DNA from: Candidatus Woesearchaeota archaeon
GTDB taxonomy: Archaea; Nanobdellota; Nanobdellia; Woesearchaeales; GW2011-AR9
DNA: 64,000 bases
Direction of reading: 5' to 3'
Assembly: GCA_018696595.1 (NCBI GenBank)
Contig: JABHQW010000002.1
Location: 38,420 to 102,419, forward strand
Below are positions 55,656-64,000 of the stretch, piece by piece (position 1 is the stretch's first letter; every line of letters begins with the position of its first letter). Under the pieces are notes generated by a model that worked only from the letters and a program-made list of their open reading frames with translations, did no database searches and had not been told where the DNA came from. The translations under genes and the position numbers were made by a program.

Positions 55656-56732
55656 ATGGTTTTGTTAAAACCTACAGATTTAAATGATTCTCAAGATTTA
55701 GTTAGATTAATTGGTTTTTTTCTTGCTCGCAAAGGTAAAGCTAAAGATAACCATTTTGGTGCTGCTGCTCGAGAATTAGATGTAGTAGAAAATGCTTTAG
55801 CATTGATTTTAAGAAATTTTGATTGTGATATTTCTATTTCTAGTTATGCGGATAATTTGTTTCGTTTTAGATTTTATAACGATGATTTACAGGAAACTTA
55901 TAATCATTATACCAAAGAAGGAACAAGTTTACCCTGGGAATTGTTTTCTTCAACTGGTGATCAAGAAGAGTTATTTAAATGGTATTTCTCTAGAGTTGGT
56001 TCTGTTGCTGTTGAAGAGCAATCTGCGGGTGCAAATATAAGAACCCGGTTTATTTTTAGGAATAGTCCAAACCTGGGAGAAGATTTTGCTGTCTTGTTAT
56101 TTAATTTAGGGATGTTACCTTACCATTCTGTTACAGGAGTAGAGATTTGTGATCATAGTGATTTAATAAAAGCTAAAGAACTTTGTTTTAATGCGAGAAA
56201 GAAAGTTTTTTTAGAAGATTTACTTAAAACGGTTTCCAATAAAACAGAAATGCCCCCTCAAATGGTCTTGTCAGTAATTGATCAAGTAAACTCTGGGATT
56301 ATTTCGCGTAAGGAAGGACAAGAAATTCTTAAAGATTACAATGTTCCAGTTACTCGTTTAGATCAATGGCGTTTTATGGGGACGCGTCCTAATAATGTTA
56401 AAAGATATCTTCACTTAAAAGAATTAAAAGAAACGGTCTATGAAAGAAATGAGGTTATTAAACTAAGAGGATACGTGCCAATAACACAGATTTTTAATAT
56501 GTATCTTTCCGAAAGATATCTATCTGATGACTCAGTTGTAAAAGCCTGTCATTCACAATACCTCGTGGCTGTTCGCAATGCTTCAATTGATATTATTGAA
56601 ATTGGTTCCAGTTCTTATGTTGCTAAAGAAGTGCAGAGAGATATTGGGGAGATTCTAGAAAAAAAATTATTTTGTCATAAAGAAAGAACATTTGATGAAG
56701 CTAAGGAACTAACTGAAAAGCTTGGTTCTTAA
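55656..56732 (+). CDS. Hypothetical protein with a possible degenerate LAGLIDADG-like N-terminal region
   Basis: LVRLIGFFLARKG and ELFKWYFSRVGSV resemble paired LAGLIDADG helices lacking the acidic residues. Confidence 0.45.
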   Translation: MVLLKPTDLNDSQDLVRLIGFFLARKGKAKDNHFGAAARELDVVENALALILRNFDCDISISSYADNLFRFRFYNDDLQETYNHYTKEGTSLPWELFSSTGDQEELFKWYFSRVGSVAVEEQSAGANIRTRFIFRNSPNLGEDFAVLLFNLGMLPYHSVTGVEICDHSDLIKAKELCFNARKKVFLEDLLKTVSNKTEMPPQMVLSVIDQVNSGIISRKEGQEILKDYNVPVTRLDQWRFMGTRPNNVKRYLHLKELKETVYERNEVIKLRGYVPITQIFNMYLSERYLSDDSVVKACHSQYLVAVRNASIDIIEIGSSSYVAKEVQRDIGEILEKKLFCHKERTFDEAKELTEKLGS

Positions 56733-56835
56733 AATAAACTTCTACTCTAAAACCGATATGTTTATAAAGCCTCCCTTCCTAATAATATTATCAATTTATC
56801 GACGTTAAAAGAGGATTAAAAAAGCTTATTTTTAA

Positions 56836-58872
<2,037 letters not shown>

Positions 58873-58966
58873 ATTGTTAATTTTCTTCCGAAAGCTTTTA
58901 ATATAATTGTGCTATATAATAATAAAATAATATTATAAACATAAATTTGAGGGGTTCAATGAAAAA

Positions 58967-59203
58967 ATGGCTGGATATGACAAGGAATTAGATAAAGAAT
59001 TATTTTCAGAAGTGGTTGAGTTCGAAAGGTGCAGAATCAATGTTGCAGTTTTCGCTTATAACGAAGGGGTAGCTAAGTTACAAATTACTCGAGAAAATAA
59101 GAATGCTGCAGGTGAGTTCTCTTTTGCTAAGTTAGGTAGAATGACAAAAGAAGAAGTTGAAGCAGTAATGCCTTTAATGGAAAAAGCTAAAGCAAGTCTT
59201 TAG
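58967..59203 (+). CDS. Small conserved protein, possibly a PC4/YdbC-like ssDNA-binding fold
   Basis: beta-rich core INVAVFAYNEG.AKLQITRE followed by F.KLGRMTKEE helix; fold assignment by resemblance only. Confidence 0.45.
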   Translation: MAGYDKELDKELFSEVVEFERCRINVAVFAYNEGVAKLQITRENKNAAGEFSFAKLGRMTKEEVEAVMPLMEKAKASL

Positions 59204-59237
59204 ATTTTTTAATTTTGTTTTTTTCTTATTTATTTTT

Positions 59238-59969
59238 CTAACTTTCTTCCCATTCTCTTTTGATCCAAGCATGTAAACAATGAATACATTTTTTATATCC
59301 TATTGTTTGTGCTTGTAATCCACTACTTTTGTAGTAAGTGTTACAATAAAAACTATAATCCACTAATATGTTACCATGAATCACATTTTCTTTACTTACT
59401 TTAACTTGTGCAAAAGTTAATAACTTTCTTTTAAAGCTTAAAGAATCATCTTTTTTATTTAGTAATATTCTTATTTCCACTCCTCTTTTCTTAGCTTTAG
59501 TTAATTCAATCATTAGTTTTTCTAACCATTTCTTGTTCAAATAATGTATTGAAATGTTTTTTTCTGCTAAAGAAATTGTTCTACTCAGTAAATTTAATGT
59601 TCTTTTTGTTTCTACAAATAAATCTGATCCTATCTCAGAAGAAAGCTCATTCTCATTTTTGATTTTTGAAGCTAATTCTTCAATCACAAACTCACTTGCT
59701 TTTTTCATTTCTTCTTCAATTTGTTTTAACTTCTTTTTCACATGATTAATATCTACTAAAGAATATTTGATTGGTGTTGTATCTAATATTTGTACCCAGC
59801 CTTTTCTGGCTAAAGAAGAAAGAACATCATAGATTCTAGCACGAGGTACTTTCGATTCAGTACTAATTTCTGTAGCGGTGGATATATTCTGGTTAAGTAA
59901 GGCATTGTAAACTTTGGCTTCGTATTCAGTTAGTCCAAAACTTTTTAATGCTTTGATAATATTGTCCAT
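59238..59969 (-). CDS. TrmB-family transcriptional regulator
   Basis: LKSFGLTEYEAKVYNALL, SKVPRARIYDVLSSL..KGWV, PIKY; C-terminal effector domain. Confidence 0.9.
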   Translation of the reverse strand: MDNIIKALKSFGLTEYEAKVYNALLNQNISTATEISTESKVPRARIYDVLSSLARKGWVQILDTTPIKYSLVDINHVKKKLKQIEEEMKKASEFVIEELASKIKNENELSSEIGSDLFVETKRTLNLLSRTISLAEKNISIHYLNKKWLEKLMIELTKAKKRGVEIRILLNKKDDSLSFKRKLLTFAQVKVSKENVIHGNILVDYSFYCNTYYKSSGLQAQTIGYKKCIHCLHAWIKREWEES

Positions 59970-60079
59970 GTTAATGTTAATATTATTTATTCTTTAAAAA
60001 TGTTACTGTTGTTACGACAAGAGTTGCAAATGGCTTAAATAGTTCTTCTATTGTTCTTTATAATTAAGGAGGTTAAGAA

Positions 60080-60415
60080 ATGACATATGCAATGAAAAAA
60101 ACACAAAAGTATGGGGCTTTAATAGTCAAAAGAGACTTTAGACCACAAGTTTACCAAACTTTAGAAACACTGTATGGTGCGGATTATCAAAGAGACTTAG
60201 AGAAAGCAAAACAACATTTTGCAGCAAAACTAAAAGTTACTAAAACTGAAGACAATGTCGTTTACGTTGATTTTGGCCCTTATAATGAGAAACTAAACGG
60301 GTCTGAGAAACTGAGTAAAGATCTTGCTTGGCAGAGGAAGAAGTTTGGTTCATTAGTTAATATTCCAACCAAAGAAGATGACAACCTTGAAAGAATTACA
60401 GAAATTATCATGTAA
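60080..60415 (+). CDS. Hypothetical protein divergent from the TrmB gene
   Basis: 111-aa ORF with GGAGGT RBS; overlaps the next gene by 38 bp. Confidence 0.6.
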   Translation: MTYAMKKTQKYGALIVKRDFRPQVYQTLETLYGADYQRDLEKAKQHFAAKLKVTKTEDNVVYVDFGPYNEKLNGSEKLSKDLAWQRKKFGSLVNIPTKEDDNLERITEIIM

Positions 60416-61232
60416 CTATATTGATAATTTAATTTTTTATCTTTATCAGTTTTTAGATAAGCAATACAATCATTACCGCCAGAAAGGATTTTTACATGGT
60501 TTAAGTGGTGGAGTGGATTCTGCCACTTTACTTAAACTGATTGTTGATCGTTATGGACCAGAAAGTATTACTTGTTTAATTACTAATTTGGATGACTTTA
60601 GTAATCCTAATGATCTTAACGATGCAAAGGAGTTATGTGATGAATTGGGTGTCAAATATCATTTTATTAATATTACAAAGGCTGTTGAAGCATTAAAGAA
60701 AACTTTTAATGGATTGAATGATTGTCCAAAAGATAATTTAGCTTCTCGTATCAGAATTGCTATTGCTTGTGAGTTATCTGTTAAACATAATTTACGTTTA
60801 CTTTTTGCAGGCCCTTATTCGGAATGGGCCATTAAAGGAGGTGACATTATTGGGGGTGCTACTGCTCATTGTTATCCTTTCGGGGGGTTGTATAAATCAG
60901 AAGTTTATGCTATTGCTAAGAAAATTGGTTTGCCTGAGAAATTTATTAAGAAAGTAACTTCTAATAGTTCATTAGAGAAAGAAAATTATAAACAAGTTAC
61001 AAATTATGGACTTAAGTTTAGTGATGTTGAGAAATTGTTGATGTTCTTTAATGGTTTAATTTCAGAGGAAAAAGTGGCCCATATTCCAAACGATAAGCGT
61101 GTTTTCTTTCATTACTTGCTGAAGGTTTTTGAAAAAGATATTGATTATCCTTCATTGGATAGAGATGAGCCAGAAAGGTTTGGCAGAAAGGAATTCTTTG
61201 CCCAGTTCGACAAATTTCCTTTTGAAACTTAA
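60378..61232 (+). CDS. NH3-dependent NAD synthetase-like (NadE) PP-loop ATPase, divergent
   Basis: GLSGGVDSA, NLASRIR, PFGGLYKSEVYAIAKKIGLP; several other NadE motifs degenerate. Confidence 0.75.
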   Translation: MTTLKELQKLSCNYIDNLIFYLYQFLDKQYNHYRQKGFLHGLSGGVDSATLLKLIVDRYGPESITCLITNLDDFSNPNDLNDAKELCDELGVKYHFINITKAVEALKKTFNGLNDCPKDNLASRIRIAIACELSVKHNLRLLFAGPYSEWAIKGGDIIGGATAHCYPFGGLYKSEVYAIAKKIGLPEKFIKKVTSNSSLEKENYKQVTNYGLKFSDVEKLLMFFNGLISEEKVAHIPNDKRVFFHYLLKVFEKDIDYPSLDRDEPERFGRKEFFAQFDKFPFET

Positions 61233-61241
61233 TATAAAAAT

Positions 61242-63029
61242 TTATGTTTTAGGGTGTTCGTGTCCAACATCTTTACGTTCTTTAAGATGTTCCATATGCT
61301 TTTCTTTCTCTTCTTTAAGATCAATTTTCCTTTTACGATGATCTGAAATGATATTTCCAACATGTTCTCCACCTAAGAAATGTGGTAAAATTACATAATC
61401 TGCACCATTGTTGTAAAGGCGTAATGCTTCATCAATTTCGTTAGCAGCAACAAATATTTTTGCTCTTTTGTTAACCTCTCTTACTTTTCTTATTAACAAT
61501 AAGTTTTCAGAAACTTCTGGAACTGTTGAGACTAAAATGCTTATTCCTTCTAAGTTCATTTTTTCAATAATCTCGTTATCTGTAACGTTTCCATAAATAC
61601 AATGATAACCTTCTTTGACCATCTTGTTAATTATTTCTGGATTATAATCTACTACTAAAATCTTTTTCTTAGATTTTCTTAAACTTTTTAAGATGCTATA
61701 TCCAATCCTATTATGACCACAAAGAATAATTCTTGGTTTTACTTCTGTTGGTAAGTATTCTAACCCTTCGGTTGTAAAGACATCAAAAAGTTTTAATGGT
61801 TTCTCCATGACTTTGAATAACCAATGATCATATTTGATTAAGTAAGATGTTAATGTGATTGAAATTAATGTAATTAAAACAGCTAAAGAAAATAATTCTT
61901 GTGAAATGTGGCCTAAAATTAAACCTTGGGCAACTAATATTAATGAGAATTCTCCTACTTGTGCTAAGGATAATGCCGTTAAGAACGACGGTTTTTTTGT
62001 GTACTTAAACAATGAACAAATGAACATGATAATGAATGGTTTCAAGAAAATTACTGCAAGCAATAATACTGTGAAGGGTAACCACATTTTCACAATAACT
62101 TCTGGAGATAAAGCCATTCCTAATGAAACAAAAAATAGTAATGAAAAGAAATCCCTTAGGCTTGTAATTTTACCAATAATTTCTGTACTATATTGTAGAT
62201 TACCTAACGCGACTCCTGCTATAAACGCTCCAATGGCTAAAGAAAAGCCCGGACTAATAGACGCGATAATTTCTGTGGATAAGTTTAATGTCCATAATGG
62301 ATTTTGAAAAATATAAAGTAATACTACTCCAATCTTATCTGCTAATAAAGAAAAGATAAAACAAACGGCTAAAGAAGTAATCAATAATAATTCTTGATTT
62401 CTGGCAGCGAACCTAAAGAAACTTGGAAAAATCAATTTAGCACATAAATATGCTACTGCAATAATAATTAAGAATTTTAATAACGCAATTCCAACTAAGG
62501 CGGCACTAAAACCATTTGCTGAAGTCATTAATGAAATTGCGATAATTGCCACAATGTCTTGCATTAACAAAATTCCTACTACAATTCTTCCGTGTAATGT
62601 GTTTAGTTCTCTTTTATCTGATAATAGTTTCATTACTACCATTGTTGAAGAGAACGCTAACATCAAACCAATGTAAGCTGCTTCTAAACTAAGATAACCT
62701 AAAAAGATCGCAATTAAGTAACCTAATACTCCTGTAATTAATATTTGGATTGCTCCACCTAAACTAGAAACTAAAGCTACATTTCTTAGCTTTTTTAGTT
62801 CCATCTCCATCCCAACAATAAAAAGTAGGAAGGCAATTCCAATAACTGACATGGATTCAATAATTGTTGTGTCTGTAACTAACTGAAATACTGGAGTGAT
62901 TAATATTCCCACAACTACGTAAGCAAGGATTTGTGGTTGTTTAATTAAACGTAGAACAAATGCAGCTAAAGCAGCAATAATTGTAATTGCTCCTATCTGT
63001 AAGAAAATATTTCCTCCATCCATTACCAT
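61242..63029 (-). CDS. CPA2-family cation/H+ antiporter with C-terminal TrkA-N (RCK) domain (Kef-like)
   Basis: KQPQILAYVVVG, LLFIVGMEM, FSSTMVV, ILLMQD, FFVSLG, LAQVGEFS, ILCGHNRIG, VDYNP, YGNVT, GADYV. Confidence 0.92.
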   Translation of the reverse strand: MVMDGGNIFLQIGAITIIAALAAFVLRLIKQPQILAYVVVGILITPVFQLVTDTTIIESMSVIGIAFLLFIVGMEMELKKLRNVALVSSLGGAIQILITGVLGYLIAIFLGYLSLEAAYIGLMLAFSSTMVVMKLLSDKRELNTLHGRIVVGILLMQDIVAIIAISLMTSANGFSAALVGIALLKFLIIIAVAYLCAKLIFPSFFRFAARNQELLLITSLAVCFIFSLLADKIGVVLLYIFQNPLWTLNLSTEIIASISPGFSLAIGAFIAGVALGNLQYSTEIIGKITSLRDFFSLLFFVSLGMALSPEVIVKMWLPFTVLLLAVIFLKPFIIMFICSLFKYTKKPSFLTALSLAQVGEFSLILVAQGLILGHISQELFSLAVLITLISITLTSYLIKYDHWLFKVMEKPLKLFDVFTTEGLEYLPTEVKPRIILCGHNRIGYSILKSLRKSKKKILVVDYNPEIINKMVKEGYHCIYGNVTDNEIIEKMNLEGISILVSTVPEVSENLLLIRKVREVNKRAKIFVAANEIDEALRLYNNGADYVILPHFLGGEHVGNIISDHRKRKIDLKEEKEKHMEHLKERKDVGHEHPKT

Positions 63030-63142
63030 CTTTTAAGTATTAAAGTAAATAAAAGTATTTTATAAAGGTTTTTGTTTTGTACTTCCATCATTTATTTTGA
63101 AGAGCAATAATTATTATTAATGACCAAGCCATAATCTGGTCT

Positions 63143-64000
63143 ATGTTCGTAGAAACTATCATCGCTTTAATCATCGGAGTTTTATCTGGAGTCATCACAG
63201 GCTTAATCCCTGGGATTCATGTAAACCTAATTTCTCTAATCGTTCTTTCAGTTTCTCCGTTACTATTAGCGATAACTTCTCCAGTTGTTGTCGGAGTTTA
63301 CATCATTTCATTGGCTTTAACACATACTTTCTTAGATTCTCTTCCTAGTATTTATCTTGGAGCCCCAGATGAAGCTCAAGCTCTTAATGTTCTTCCTGGA
63401 CACAGATTATTACATCGAGGAGAAGGACACAATGCAATTGTTTACACTGTAATTGGTTCCTTCGGATGTTTATTATTGGGAATTGCTTTGTTTCCATTAT
63501 TTATTCTCAGCATGGCAAAAGTTTATCCTCTGGTTAAAGGAGCGATTGGTTATATTTTGGCTTTGATAATGATTTTTATGATTGGTAAAGATAAAGGTAA
63601 GAGATTAAAAAGTTTAGTTCTTTTTTTAATCGCTGGTTGTTTGGGATTACTTATTTTTAGTATTCCAACATTAAATCAGCCGTTGTTTCCGCTTCTGTCT
63701 GGGCTATTTGGTTTTTCAATTTTATTGTTAAGTTTATTACAGAAATCTAAAATCCCAAAACAGGATTTGTCTAAACCATTAACAATCTCTAAAAAGAATG
63801 TTGCCAAATCAGTGACTGCTGCTTCAGGCGTTGGTTTTATTGCAGCATTCTTACCTGGTTTTGGTTCCTCGCAAGCAGCAATTGTTGCTACTAACATTGT
63901 TGGCGATATTGGGGACGAAGGTTTTCTTTCTTTAGTTGGTGGTATTAACACAGCAAACTTTCTAATTAGTATCGGAACTGCTTACGCTCTTCAAAAAGCT
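63143..64000 (+). CDS. TctA-like (DUF112) tripartite tricarboxylate transporter permease, runs off the window
   Basis: Translated by hand from ATG 63143: MFVETIIALIIGVLSGVITGLIPGIHVN..THTFLDSLPSIYLGAPD...VLPGHRLL..GEG; LFPLLSGLFG, FLPGFGSSQAA. Confidence 0.88.
   Translation, partial: MFVETIIALIIGVLSGVITGLIPGIHVNLISLIVLSVSPLLLAITSPVVVGVYIISLALTHTFLDSLPSIYLGAPDEAQALNVLPGHRLLHRGEGHNAIVYTVIGSFGCLLLGIALFPLFILSMAKVYPLVKGAIGYILALIMIFMIGKDKGKRLKSLVLFLIAGCLGLLIFSIPTLNQPLFPLLSGLFGFSILLLSLLQKSKIPKQDLSKPLTISKKNVAKSVTAASGVGFIAAFLPGFGSSQAAIVATNIVGDIGDEGFLSLVGGINTANFLISIGTAYALQKA

Noticed and set aside
60378-60415. Programmed frameshift fusing the 111-aa ORF to the NadE-like gene
   Set aside because: No slippery heptamer or stimulatory structure in the 38-bp overlap; simple overlapping genes suffice

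Overview
AT-rich archaeal chromosome segment, most likely from a DPANN (Nanobdellota, Woesearchaeota/Pacearchaeota-like) organism. This is inferred from the split rpoB''/rpoB' and rpoA'/rpoA'' operon, the archaeal PolB, Kae1, Dph2, CarS and L30e genes, GAGGT(GA) ribosome-binding sites and BHB-type tRNA introns. Housekeeping content: Rad50 C-terminus, PolB, nrdR-nrdJ-cobO, carS, dph2, selU, the rpoH-B''-B'-A'-A''-L30e-nusA-S12-S7 cluster, kae1, gyrB, a NadE-like gene, a Kef-type antiporter and a TctA-like permease. There are six tRNA genes. Five carry introns, and four have a second intron at T-loop position 59/60. Accessory content includes a 3,400-aa surface protein with swappable cassettes, a Cys-repeat secreted protein and a histone-H1-like protein. 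The two strongest novelty candidates are: (1) a 32.7-41.7 kb locus with a RimB-like protease, RimK, three paralogous APC amino-acid permeases each fused to a C-terminal class I SAM-methyltransferase-like domain (one also carrying an N-terminal voltage-sensor domain), and a stand-alone pore-less voltage-sensor protein; (2) two copies of an unrecognised K-turn-containing structured RNA (10.5 kb and 15.0 kb) whose core shows two compensatory base-pair changes. No rRNA, CRISPR array or transposase was seen. All calls come from manual motif reading; no database searches were run.
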